From positions 4,393,535 to 4,457,534 of the forward strand of contig MU058844.1 in assembly GCA_013265495.1 (NCBI GenBank): DNA of 64,000 nucleotides. Direction: 5' to 3'. The position numbers and the translations under genes were made by a program. The notes under the pieces were generated by a model. That model made no database searches. It was not told where the DNA came from and saw only the letters and a list, made by a program, of their open reading frames with translations. The number at the start of each line of letters is the position of its first letter. The first letter of the stretch is position 1. Shown one piece after another: positions 14,621 to 28,870 of this stretch. Source of the DNA: Vicugna vicugna (Eukaryota).

Positions 14621-14879
14621 TAACATTAAAAAAGTAAGTTTAGGACTGTACTCAAAGCAGTTATATCTAAGGTCACAACTGTTGCTTTTTTATACATATA
14701 AAATATAATTCATGCAAATCTATGTTTATTTCAATGGCACTATCTTCTCTTCATTTTTTAATTGTTTACATATATATATGTATATACATAATTTTATTTG
14801 CCAAAATTTAAAATTTACCCACCCTTCTGTTTTTTACCTTTCTTTTAGCAGAACCTCAGCTTTGAACGTATTCTACCAT

Positions 14880-16745
14880 ATACCTACATCGTCTTTTTTT
14901 ATGTGAGTAGCAAAGCACTACTAGATAAAGTCCCAAAGCAAAACAGGTTAATATCATCATAAATTCCTGATCTCAACTTCAAATTAATCTTTAAGACTGC
15001 TCATGATTCCTAGGTTTCTCTGGTAGGCTTACTCCCATTCTCTTTGACTATTTTGAATCTTGACTGTTTTTCTCAAACTTTTGACCCATGTCACTTTTAG
15101 CAGGTAACTACACTTCAACCTAAAAGAGAAAACTAAAGCCATAAAATAAGAATTCCTTCAATTCTCTGCTACTAAACCTACCAACATCCACATTCATTTT
15201 CATTTCCATCCTTTCTGTCGTGCAAAAGGTGTCTCCATCTATCTCAGGCCAAACCTGAGCTCAACACCTCCTTGCTCTTCACCAATCTCACTATCAATCA
15301 TCCCTTCTTTCATTTAATCACTTTATCAACTGTATCCTTTCTACCTATACTAAAAATGCTCTTGCTTCTCCAACCTTAAATATCTTCTCCTTTGAAAACA
15401 CATCTTTAAGCTATCTCACCCATTCATTGTGCCTATGAGGTATAACACTAGTTCCTACACTCTTAGGAAAAGATTTTTGTAGCCATGGTAACAAGTAGCT
15501 GGTTGTTAACCCCACTTAATCGATCAACATTTCAACTCAATGAGTATGTTTCTGCAAGCCAACCCATTAGTGATATTCTTTTGCTTCTAGAAGTCAGCCA
15601 ACTGAGTACTCCAATGAGATTCTAAATGCCAACCAAGCAACAGTCTTTTCCGGACATCAACCCACTCCAATCTCTGAAGGTCTATCAATTCCAGATCTCT
15701 GTGCTTCCCCCAAGCCCTACATAAGAACAGCACTTTGTTATGCTTGAAGCCATTGCCTGACTGGCTATTTTCTCTTAGTTAGGAAATTCAAGCTTGTCTC
15801 ATCCTTTGAAATATTCCAAGTTAAATCACCCCTACAAGTTGCCTACACTAAGAATCTTCACTTCCTCATCTCTTAATCAAACCACTCTACAGAAATAAAT
15901 TTCATTTAAGTAACTAATATACATACCTAAAAGAGGTCAAATTCAACTGATCTCACTTTTCAACTTGACAGCAGCTATAAATGTTAACCATTCTTTCTTG
16001 AAACACTTTCCTTTCTGTCCATTTGGTCTCTCTCCTATTTAGGTTCATTTTCCCTTACACAACAACTAAATAAAGGACTTTTTCACAACCCAGATGTAGG
16101 CTTCTTTGCTTTTATTCTATCCAGCCCCTTCAACTATTTATTGAGGAAAAATTAAGACCAAATATTGTATGGCATTAATTATGCATATGAATTGACTTCT
16201 ATGCATCTAGAATGGTGCTTGCTAGTTACCATCTCTAAGACAAGAGACAAAATCCCAGTTGAGAAAGGTGTTCTACAACCTTTCCATAGGCCATCTTATC
16301 CATACCCTGATTTCAATTACTATCTCTATGACAATTATCAAATTTCTCTATGGCATTAATCAAAATTTTACCTGCAGCTCAGCCTTCATCACTGAATTCC
16401 AGGCACAAAGTCCTATTCAAAATCTCCATTAGAATATTTCAAAGGCACCTCAAACTTAACAGGTCCAAAGATAATAGTAAATATGATCTTTCTTCAAACC
16501 CTATATTTTTTCACATTTCTCTAGAATACAAGTTCTTTAAAAATGGGGACCCTGTTATTTCTTTTTATTATCATATCTGCGATGCCTAAAATGCTAGCTG
16601 GTACATAGCTGCAATAAAAAATTTTTATTGAGAAAGGAGGAGAGTAATAACTCAGTGGTAGACCACTTCCTTAGTATACATGAGATCTTGGGTTTAATCC
16701 CCAGCACCTCCATTAAACAAAAATTACTGAATGAGTAAATTAATC
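14880..16745 (+). mobile_element. L2 fragments ending in a typical L2 3' tail, split by a SINE
   Basis: GGCACCTCAAACTTAACAGGTCCAAA; GCTGGTACATAG...TACTGAATGAGTAAAT. Confidence 0.5.
16635..16722 (+). mobile_element. tRNA-derived SINE (camelid Vic-1-like)
   Basis: TAACTCAGTGGTAGA (A box)...GGGTTTAATCCCCAGCACCTCCA (B box) plus A-rich tail; no CCA or full cloverleaf. Confidence 0.75.
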
Positions 16746-17392
16746 TCGTGGCTGGAGCCAAAAATGATATATTTGCAAAGTATTAAAAATACTTTCTGGC
16801 ATATAGTAAATGTTCATGAAAATGTTTAAGATTATTATTGTGTTCAATAATTTAAAGTAAGAGTAAGCAAAACTGTTATGAGTAAGAAGTGAGGACTGAG
16901 TTAAGAAAATTACAAAGAAATAAATCTCAGAAAAAAAAAGACTTTTCAAATAAATCAGAGTTCAGTGAGCATAGTAGGAAATACCTCAGGGAGTAATTAG
17001 AATCTTGCTAATGAGAAATGAAGAGTTATGTACTTGTAGCTGCTTATCTTTTCTGTGCCAAGAAAACAAAGAAGTATATAATATGATTCATTTCTTTAAA
17101 GACTGTAGTCTAGTCGAATAAAGGTAAGAAATGTATTTTAAAAAAGATGCTAAAAAGGATGCTTCATGATTTCAGAGTTCATACCAAATTAGGAAAATTC
17201 ATAATCATTCTTTGTTTTACATGCTGAATATGAAGCATTAATCAAATTCTGATATGTAATTTTAGTATAACCTAAAATAAGTTCATAGATTAGGCTGACA
17301 TGAACTAAGAAAGACAGTATATCTTCAAAGATGCTTTTGATGAATTAAAAGTACTCTTAATAAACTGAACATAATATCATCTGAAAAATTCA

Positions 17393-17680
<288 letters not shown>

Positions 17681-19904
17681 TTATTTAAGCTAAAAGTTTT
17701 TAAACACAAAATTAATATATAACAGATATAGATAAAACACTAAACAACAGTAATAAAAACAATGTTTTATATGTAATCTCATTAAACAGAAGACAAAAGT
17801 ACATTTTTATGGATAATTCTGATTCTTGACACAGTTCAAATTGTTTAACCTTTATGAAATGTCTAACTGACAGGAGTGATATTTATGAAGAACTGTTTGA
17901 AGGGCAAGCAGATTATCTATTTCCAGTTTATTACTAGAATGACTCAGACATGCATTCTATAATATTATGACATTCTGAAGAAGTGCATTCATTACATTGT
18001 GACCTTCTGATTAAAATAAGGAAAGTATTATAAAATTCATTGTTGTATGTGTCGTATGAACACTTCTGAGAACACTAACCAATGTTTTCCTACATGACAC
18101 AATTCTTTCAGCACTAAATGTTAATAAAAATTATGCTTCCTGTAAAGAATTACTATGATTTTCTCTCATCATGGACAGAGAAAACTATACCACCTATGAA
18201 CTCTTCCTCTCTGCTTAGACTTCTAGAAAGTTAAAAGCCAAGTTTCCAGTACAGGGTAGTAACTGTACAGGTCCATGTAACATTTTATTTAATGTAACAT
18301 AAGCATATATCCTAGTTTATACAGGCCATGATATATTAAATATACATTTCATTAATTCAGTCTATCTCCTGCAATAAAGTCGAATCATTTTTTTAAAAGT
18401 ACATTTAAATGAATAGTTTCAGATTTTTATTTCAGTCTGTGTTCTAAACTTTATTGGCTATATTAATGCATAGTCCTTTAAAAACCCAATTTCTCAGTTT
18501 AAAATGAATAAATCAATGAAAAATCAACTTCTATTACTTATTTGACTTGGTCTGTTAAAAATATCAAATGATTGAGAAAAAAATATTAGTTGAACAAAAT
18601 ATACTTTAAAAACTTTCATATTTGAATACACAGTGAAAAATAACAAATCTTGAGAGTCAAGACTTGAATTCTCAAAATAACCAACAAAACTGAATACAAA
18701 GCTCCTTTCCTATAATCCATTATTCAGTGTTCATTTAAAAAAATTAAGTTTATGTGGGATAGCTGATTTAATATGTGAGCTATACTCAAAGAGTACATGT
18801 CAAACAAGTCAAATCATACTATAATCAACCTCACAAGGTAATACAATAAAATTTATATAAAACACACAAATACATACACACACTTTTAAATGCTTATATT
18901 ATGAAAAAAATATATATGTAACACACCCCATACAGCTATCCACATACACAAAACAAATACATTCACACCTATAAGACATGTTTTTCATACTGTAGAGCTG
19001 GAGATGAAAAATAGCTGAATCAAATTCTCTAAAAGGAATGATAAACAGAACAAAAACACTGAAACTAAGGAGTAAGGAAGAAAATATACAATACGTATCT
19101 ACAATTCAATCTATTTCCCATAACTATTATACTTAAATGAGTTGTTCAGTTTAGTGTAGATAGACTGGAGGTAAAAATTCAGGAAGTTAAAAAGTAATTA
19201 TTCTTAAAAGAAAAAAATGCTGATAAGAAGAAAAATTCTGTGGGAATATAAAGAATTTGTTGGGCATAAAAGAAATATCTGAATAAAACTTATTCTAACC
19301 AGGCCCAGCAATGCACTATCATGGATAGCAACATGAACATTTTGGTCTTTCATTAAAAAAAAAAGAGTTCTTGCATGTAGTGTCAGTCATTTAAAAAAAC
19401 TGAATAGGATACTTGTATAAATTTAATTTTAAACTTTTGATGAGTAAGATGAAATGGAAAAATGCTAAATGTTAGAGTAAGAAAAAACAATATGAAGTGT
19501 TAAAATTCAGTATAACTTACGCTTCTAGTCTTACACAACTAAAAACATGGACAAGATATGCAAAACTTAACACACTGAGCATCAGGCAAAGAAGGACAAT
19601 GATATCTAACAGAAGAAAAAGAAATGAGGGGAGCCTTACCTGAAGAGTTTAGTACCTGGATAGAGTTTTTAGTCTGTGTGGCAGCAAAGGGGAACCTAAG
19701 TGGAGCCCATTTATATCCCTGAGTTGAGAAGATGGAGCTGGGAGTCCTAGGAGCCCAGCGGGGTAGAATTAGTGGGCAGAATACCAGAGAGAAGAAAGAT
19801 GCTGAGAAAGAGAACTCAGGAGATCCGTAGAGGATCTTGTTCCAGTTTTTGGTACTGATGAGAACTGATCAGCATATATATGTGAGGAAATACCTAAGGA
19901 TAGT

Positions 19905-20342
19905 CGTAGTGAGGTGATTCGTGTCTCCCCAAAGTTCATTTCTATCCAAAACCTCAGAATGTGACCTCATTTGGAAGTAGGGTCTCTGCCAATGTAATTA
20001 GTTAAGATGAGGTCATACTGGATTAGAGTGGTCCCTAAATCCAATGACTGATGTCCTTATACAAAGAAAAGAAAACACAGAGAAATACACAGGGAGTAAG
20101 GCCAGGTAAAGGCAGAGAAGATTACAGTGATGCAGTAACATGCCAAGGACTGCCAAAGATTACCAGCAACTGCCAGAAGGCACAGAACAGATTCTTCCCC
20201 AGAGTCTTCAGAAGGAACCAACTGTGCATAACACGTTGATTTTGGACTCTGACCTCCAGCACTGTGAGAGAATAAATTTCTGCTGCATTAAGCTACCCAG
20301 TTTCTGGTAATTCGTTACAGCAGCCTTAGGAAAACCCATACA
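19905..20342 (+). mobile_element. MaLR solo LTR (MLT1B/C-like)
   Basis: AACCTCAGAATGTGACCTCATTTGGAAGTAGGGTC...GTGAGAGAATAAATTTCTG...GCAGCCTTAGGAAAACCCATACA. Confidence 0.85.
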
Positions 20343-21161
20343 GTTAAGAAAGTACCTCCTGAAATGATTAGATAAAGATTCACAAATATCAAACAGAATT
20401 GGTAATAGTTCCTGAGCAGCCAGAGTGGAAATCCTCAAAATTGAGTCTATCAGGCAGAGCAGTCAGAAGGGTTTTGTGTCAGCAATGGAGAAAAATTAGT
20501 CCTATCCTAAATGCTGCTGTGGTCTCCCCAAACAAAGCTGAAAAGCAAGACTAGAAGATGAAACTTTTTTTTACAAATAACTTATATGCATCCCAGAACA
20601 ATGCTCAAAGAAATTTACATTAATTTCAAAATTGCACCCATCAAAAAATTACCAGGCATATAAAGAAGGAGAAAAATACAATCCATCAGGAGAAAAATTA
20701 CTCAGTCTAAACTGACCCAGATGACATGGATGATAAAATTAGTAGATAAGGACATTAAAACACTAGAACATGTGAAAACATGGAATACATTAAAAAAAAA
20801 AGGCTCAAACAGAATTCAAACAGAGATAAAAAATCTGAGATGAAAACTAACTAGAAGAAATAAAGGGAAGATTAGACAGCGCAGAAAAAAATTAGTGAAC
20901 ATTAAAAGACACAACAAAAGAAACTATCCAAAATGAAAATGGGGAAAATAGCTTTGGAGGGGAGGGGAATAAACAGAGCATCAGTGTGACTTCAAGAAGC
21001 TTAAAATACATCTAACTGGAGTTCTAGAAGATAGGAACGCAAAGAAGAAGTATTTCAATAAGTGATAATTGAAAAATTTTCAAAATTTATATAAAGTAAA
21101 ACCTACAAATTTTAAGAAGCTCAGTCAACCTAAGCACAAGAAACATGAAGATAAAATAAAC

Positions 21162-21497
21162 AGTATCTAGAAGTTTGTACCTTCTAGCCACCTTCACCCA
21201 AAATTTCAGTTATAAGATAAACAAGACCAGGGATATAATGTACAGCATGATGACTGTAGTTAATAATACTGTATTGTATATTTGAAAGTTGCTGAATGAA
21301 TAGATCTTAAAAGTTCTCAATATAAGAAAAAAAATTTCTGTAATTAACATGTGGTGATGGATGTCAACTAAATTTACTGTGATAATCATTTCTCTGTGTG
21401 TGTGCGCGCACTCGTGTGTGTATACATACACAAAAATAATTATGTTGTTCATTTACAACTAATACAATGCTATATCAATTATGTCTCAATTAAAAAT
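21162..21497 (+). mobile_element. L1MA9-like 3' end with short 5' inversion, nested in an older L1
   Basis: 21162-21201 is the reverse complement of TTGGGTGAAGGTGGCTAGAAGGTACAAACTTCTAG; the sense piece follows from 21202. Confidence 0.78.
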
Positions 21498-22982
21498 ATA
21501 TAGAGAAGAGAAACAACAATAAAGAGAAATTACTAACAGCAATCATAGATTTAAAAACCACACTAGGTGCAGAAGCATAAGGATGAGAAGATTTCCCACT
21601 TGAAACAATGCAAGTCAGAGAAAATCAGACCCACATTTTTAGACTACTGAATGAAAAAGTCAACTTAGAATTCTACACTCTGGGAAAATATTTTTCAAAT
21701 ACAAAAGTAAAATAAAGATATGTTTACATACAAAAGCTAAAATAATTCATCACCAGCAGTTCTAAATGTCAAAATGTTAAAAGAAGTGCTTCGGTCACAA
21801 GGAAAAATGGTACCAGATGAAAATCTTGATTTAACAAAGAAATAAGGAACACTAGAAATGGGGTAACATAAAAGAGTTTTTTAATTTAAATCTTATCCAA
21901 AGATAACTGTTTAAACCAAAAAATAACAACGTATTGTGGGATTTACAATGTATACTCAAGAACAATGTATGTGAATAGCACAAAGGCATAGTTCTTATTT
22001 ATAGTAAGTTTATATATTTATAACAACTTATTTATTGTATATGTGATGTTTGACTATATATTGTGACATTTATATTACATATACCTGCAATTATAACATC
22101 CCTTAAAGATAAACTGTGATGAGCAAAGGATGTAAACAAAAAACAAAAAAGGATGCAATCACTAAAAATTCACAGCAAAGATTTTTAGCTAAGAAGCCAA
22201 AAAGGAGACAAGAATGAAGTAATAAAAAATACTCGTTCCAAAAGAAAAAAGGGAAGAACAGATGAGACAAAGAGAAAACAATTAAGACGATGGTAGATTT
22301 AGTCAAACTATATCAATAATCACATTAGAGATGGATATATGAAATACCCCATTTAAAAAACATATTATCTGAGCAAACAAAAAATGAAGACCCAACTATA
22401 TAAAACCTGTAAGAAATCTGCTTTAAATATAAAGATACAGACAGATACAAAGTAAAAGGATGGAAAAAGATAAGTCATGTAACACTAACAAAAGTTAGCT
22501 GGAGTGGTGACAGTAATAGAAGGTAAGGTGAGTATCTCAGTAGAGACTATTACCAGAGATAAAGAAGCTCATTTAATAATGGTAAAGGGATCAATTCATC
22601 GAGAAGACATCACAATCCTGAATACTGATACACTGAATAAAAGAGCTTTAAAATACATGAAGCAAAAACTGATAGAACTGTAAGGAGAAATAGACAAATA
22701 TACAATTATAGTCAGCGACTTCATCATCTTTCTTTCAATAATTAATAGAACAAGTAACAAAAATCACTAAGGATACAGAAGACTTAGCACTTAACTAATT
22801 TGGGAGGTCATTATCTTGACTGTGATGGTTACATGTATGTCAGAACCGATTAATTTGTACATTTTAAATATATGAAGGTTTATTAAAAAGTATTAATTAT
22901 ACCTCAATAAAGCTGTTAAAAAAAACTCAATGTAAATCAAAGCCTTTCTGAAACATTTACATCTTTTAAAATTCAAAGTTTA

Positions 22983-23204
<222 letters not shown>

Positions 23205-23600
23205 CTAGAGAAGAAAAAAAAAATTAAATAAAACAAATTGCAATTTACTGAAATGCTTTCAACAACTGTACTTTTCTAAATGCAAGATTAGATACAAATT
23301 GGCTATAATTATAAAATTAACATGGAAAGATTTGTGGAACTGATAATGACTAATCATGAGGCCAATAATCTTATCTAACAATGAATTATACTATACTGTA
23401 TTACTGTATACTTTTCCAAATTGCCTACTGATTCCATTATTGACACTTGAAAAACTGTAATATAAAATGTTAAGCAATTTTCAGTGGGTATGAAGGAAAA
23501 ACATATTTGTTTTTTGCAAATTTTTGGTATACATCATTAGTAAACAGACCAATTTAAATAATGATACATTGAGAGAACAAGTTTATTATAATCTAATTCA

Positions 23601-23768
<168 letters not shown>

Positions 23769-25573
23769 TTAAAAACAGAAAAATACAAGACACTCAAAAC
23801 AATTTAATAATAGCATAAAACAGTATTTTAAGTGAGACAACTATCAAATACTACTGAAAAACTTCACTGGTGTTTCTATATTCATATTTGTTATTTCCAA
23901 TTGAACCATACCTTGTATTTTAAAATATATTTAAATCTGTAAGTAAATTTTGCTTTATACATCCAAAATAGAAAAACAAGATGTATAATTTGAACTAACA
24001 TTTTTTTTGTGGAAAGGAAAATTATCTAACAAAATGCTAGCTTTTTAAAACAAAGTGTGGCCAATTTGGAGAAGGGAACTTACAAGACTGAATGTGATGA
24101 TTAATGAACTACCAATTTGAAATGAAGATAAATACCTGAAATTATCATACAGATAATTTTATTATATCTGTAATTAATTAAAAACAAAACTGAAAACTGC
24201 TGGGCAAAGTTCAGTACCATTCTTTTTTAAAAAGACTACAAAAACTGAAACAGGTTAACAATAAGTATTTAAATCAATACTATTAAAAATTTGCAATAAA
24301 ATATTCACAAGTTCTTTTTAAATGGAAAACCTACTTCACCAACTGTAAATAAATGTCTACTATTTGGTAGTCATTTGAATAAAGAACAATAAATTGTGAG
24401 GGTAATTCTGGATCTGCTACTAACCTGCTCTGTGATTTTTGTGCAACTTTTCTGAGCTTCAGTTTTCTTATTGGAAAATATGATCTCTAATTCTTTTCCA
24501 GTTTAAAAAATACATGGTAGTATGATTATGTGACCTTAATTTTTATTAACAACATTAATCAAAGCAAAAACTCAAATAATTGACTTAAATCCAGGTATAA
24601 ATAAGAACAGAACTCATGAATTTAATACCTTTTTCTTTTGTCACTGGGCTTTATACAGAAACATCTGTTTTTGAAATTATTTTCAATTTTAAAGTACACT
24701 TTAGACTAAAATTACCAAAAAGAAAAACAACTCAAAAAACAAAAATTAGAACATTATTGACAATACTAAGTATAACAGTATTCCTTCCTCAAAAAAAATC
24801 TCATGTTTTAGATAGGCCCAAACCATCAATACTAATGTAATAAATAGGTTATATCAAGGGCTGAATCTTCATGCTAAAGTCAACAAGAAATTCATAGAGC
24901 AAAGAAATCAGACGATAATTATTTACTAAACAGGCTGAACCTAAAGTTGGACCTTGAAGGAAATATAGGACATGGGAAAATTAGGGAAGGGGTATGTATG
25001 AATAAGGGAATACAGGAGGGAATAAGCGTGGCAAATGAATGATATAGAAAATAGCATATTCCCTGGATGGGTATGCATATACTGAAAACTAGTGAGAAAT
25101 AATGGCCTTGAAAACAGATATACTGAACAGTCTGTATAAACAGTTTAGCATATTTCATTGAGTCTTAACCACTCTACAGCATAAGAGGGAAGTTGTAATT
25201 GTACCCATTTTCAAGATGAGGAAATAATATGGAGGTTTGATAAGAGTCATGTACAATAACGAGACCACGACTTTAACTTGATTTTTCTAATATTAAATTC
25301 AGAGCTTCTTACTAATTTGTATTTCCACTCCAAGGAAGAGAAAGCAAATAGCTGCCTCCATAATGCTGGATTCAATCTAAGCAACTGACAGTACTAATGA
25401 AGGCAAAAGTTTTACTAAAGCTGGTCATTTCAGTTCTTCAACCTTTGGTGACTAAATTACTGTATGAACATATACACTTCGATTTTTATAATCAGATCTC
25501 TGTGGCTAAAGTTACCATGTGTGATTTTGTTCAAAACAAGTAGCCCTGCTAAATAAGCTGATACTTAAACAAG

Positions 25574-25580
<7 letters not shown>

Positions 25581-25605
<25 letters not shown>
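25581..25605. repeat. (AC)12 microsatellite
   Basis: Directly visible. Confidence 0.95.
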
Positions 25606-25606
<1 letters not shown>

Positions 25607-27189
25607 GTGTAGAATGAATTCCAATCATTAAAAACTATTTCAATTTCAAAATACAGGTTTCTAAGCTGATTTTACATGTGTAAAGATACATATCGTCAGC
25701 AATCATGTATTTACATAGTCATTTTAAGTATCTACCACATTTGTAGGGGAGAGAGAGAACAATATGTAAACAAGTAAAGATACGTTTCGTCAAATGGTGA
25801 CCTAAGTGTTACAGAGAAAAACTGAAGGTGAAAGGAAATAAAACGAAGTGGGAAGGATGTGTGATGCTACTGATGACATTTAAGCAGAAATCTAATGTAA
25901 TGAAAAAGCAAGTGCAAAGGGTCTGAGATGAATCATGCTTATAAAAAGGGTATGGGACATGAATAACCTAGAATTTAAGTGATTAAATAATTACGAACAG
26001 AAAATCTCTGCATAGGATAACATACACTAGATAGAATGGAGATATAAAGATGATGACAGAACTGTGCTCTCTAGGGTAAAATAATGCAATGTGCAATATG
26101 AAGTATCATAGGGGTTAAGAGGATACAGAGAAGTCCAGAGCAGGTCTCAATACCTTTCCAATTATAATTTAAAATATATTACACTCTTTCACCTGACCAT
26201 TTCCTCAACAAATATATACCAAACACCTTCTGTGTACCAGGAACCACTCTAAGAAATAGAGATAGAAAGTGAGAGAAAGTTATTTGCCCTAATGAAGGTT
26301 ACGTTCTATTGTAAGAGAATGATAAGGGGTGAAAGAAAAAAGTACAAATTCTGTATTTTTAGATTAGAAATGAGTCTTATGAGAAATGTAGGTTGGAGGA
26401 ATAGAAAAGCAATACAATTTGGTTTTTGGTCTGGTCAAGTGGTGAACATGATCTGTTGACTCTTCCCCCAAAATCAAGCCTAGAAAGATTCAGTGAAAGG
26501 GAAGTATGGCTTCTAAGACATTAAAAATAAAAAAAGAAAGAGAGAGAAAGACTTCTGGGCATTGAAGGTTATCTTAAAAATGTACATTTATATACATGTT
26601 ATGAGGGACTACATCTAAAGCAAGGATGACAAAAAATTTTTTTTAACTTTTTCCTAGCCAACCCTGACTGCCCAAGGTAAATCATTATCTGTGCCTTTAC
26701 TGTAGAACTCTGCAGTTACAGTAACTTGTGGTGATCCAGGAATGAAATGAGAATACTTCAATGTAAGTCCTCCTGGGGTAAAGAGTAAGATTTTTTTTTT
26801 CAAGGTCCAAATGACCATCCACTCTTAGCTTAGTCACTCCCACACATTTTCTATCTAAATGTAGGGGGGATGGTGGACTGGCTGGTTCTCAACACTGAAT
26901 CCCTTCAAGAGACTTGAGTGGGTGGTTGGTAAAATGGTAAAAGAGAACAGTGAACAACAGTGGCCCTGGGGAGCCCAGAGCTCTCCACTCTGGGTTTTAA
27001 TGAATTACGGGATGGATAGAGTGGCCCTGGTGTTTCTCCTTAACAGAAAAAGTGGTCAATAACTTTCAGAGAACATGTAGCCTGAGTCCACAAGCCAAAA
27101 TAAGTAGACATCTAAAGGGTACAACAATTATAGAAGATAACAAACATAATAACACGTATGACTAAATAAGAATTACTTGAAAAGATACA

Positions 27190-27271
27190 CTACGAATTTA
27201 AAATAAGTAATTCTACAGGAAATAAGAAAACTAAGAATTTAAAATAAGTAATTCTACAGGAAATAAGAAAA
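27190..27271. repeat. 41-bp tandem duplication
   Basis: CTA(C/A)GAATTTAAAATAAGTAATTCTACAGGAAATAAGAAAA twice, 40/41 identical. Confidence 0.95.
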
Positions 27272-28699
27272 GATACTGGAGTTTACAAAGAATAAGAAAT
27301 CATTAAAAAGAACCAAGTAAAATTATTAAGAATGAAGTAAAGTGAAAGGCTACTTTGGTTAGAATGAAGTTTCTCTAAGGGCAAAGCAGTTGAACTGAGG
27401 CCTAGTGATATGAAGAATGTAAATGAGACAACTACGTGAAAATCTAAGGGAAGAAACCTCACGTACGAGGGAATAGCAAGTATAAATGCAGGTGCTTCAC
27501 CTGTTTGAAGAATAGTAAGGTTTGCTTGACTATAGTGAAGTGACTAGGGCAAAACTTCAGGAGACATGTTTAGAGAGATAGGCTGGAGCCTGATCATGGT
27601 CTTGAAGTCCAGATTTATCATTCATGCTTTGCTGAGGATGGTATTTAAAGAGAATATTAGTTTGTGATTCTGTATTAGTTACTGGACTACCTCTCACCGC
27701 ATAACAGAAAACAGGGAAAACAGGTATAATGCTTACCATGAGCCAAGCAGTGCCCTAAATGCTTTAACATGCTTAACTCATCTAATCCTTTTCAAAAGCT
27801 AGGGATTATTATCTATGTTTTATAAAGAAACTAAAGCAGAGACGTTATGTAATTTGACCAACATAGTAAATGGAGTTACTAAATGGTGGACCTGAAATGT
27901 GAAACCAGACTCCAGAGTCCATGCTCTTAACCATTATGCTATGCTGTACTCAAATTGTTTTCAGAGGGCATTACACACAGAAGCAAGGGGCGAACCTACT
28001 CATATTACAAATCTAAGAAGACACTGAAGGTATTTAGCTAAATTGCTTACTTCTTGAACCTTAGTATTGATACATAAAAAAATTAAGCTCCTTATCATCA
28101 GTGCCTTGTCTACAGTGAGAAAATTCTCCAAGAACATGGGGAAAAAAAATCTCAGGATTAAATTTTAGGATCAACGAAGTATAGGTTAAGGCCATTCTGT
28201 GAAGTCTCTTTCACGCCCACTGTGCCCATATTCTTAAAATAATCATTTTCACTACCTGGAACTCGTTTTCTGAGAATATCAGGCATCATTAAGACTAATG
28301 GGCTAATACACAGAAAGCATTTTCCAAGGAAGGGCACATGGTAAGGACTCAACAAACCGCTGAGCTATGATAAACGCATAATAAAAGTTATACTCTTACA
28401 GGCTTTTAACTTTGTCTAAACAATACAATATACAACCTTCTTAGGTGTTATTTAGAGGAAAAAAACTGAAGTACTGGTACCAGAATCATTTAGAGGTAAC
28501 AGCAAATGGAACTAAGAATGACCCTACAACTCCTACATTCTAGGCAAATTTTTAAAAATTAGATCATATAGAATCTTAGTTATGATAAAACTACACACAA
28601 AATTTTTAATATTGATAATACTGCATACTTTTCTTATGGACATACATGTTAAAATAATATAACATATAAAGATAAACACCAAAAATGGCATATATTTTA

Positions 28700-28870
<171 letters not shown>

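Larger units (their letters stand above)
19510..22925 (+). mobile_element. Old L1M element (5'UTR/ORF1/ORF2 start joined to a 3' terminus) with nested MLT1 and L1MA9 insertions
   Basis: A-rich L1 phrases (AAATACATGAAGCAAAAACTGATAGAACTG..GGAGAAATAGACAAAT) and a 3' end ATTATACCTCAATAAAGCTGTTAAAAAA. Confidence 0.65.

Noticed and set aside
16635..16722. tRNA gene (also 52905-52985)
   Set aside because: A and B boxes are present, but with A-rich tails, TSDs and no intact acceptor stem: these are SINEs.
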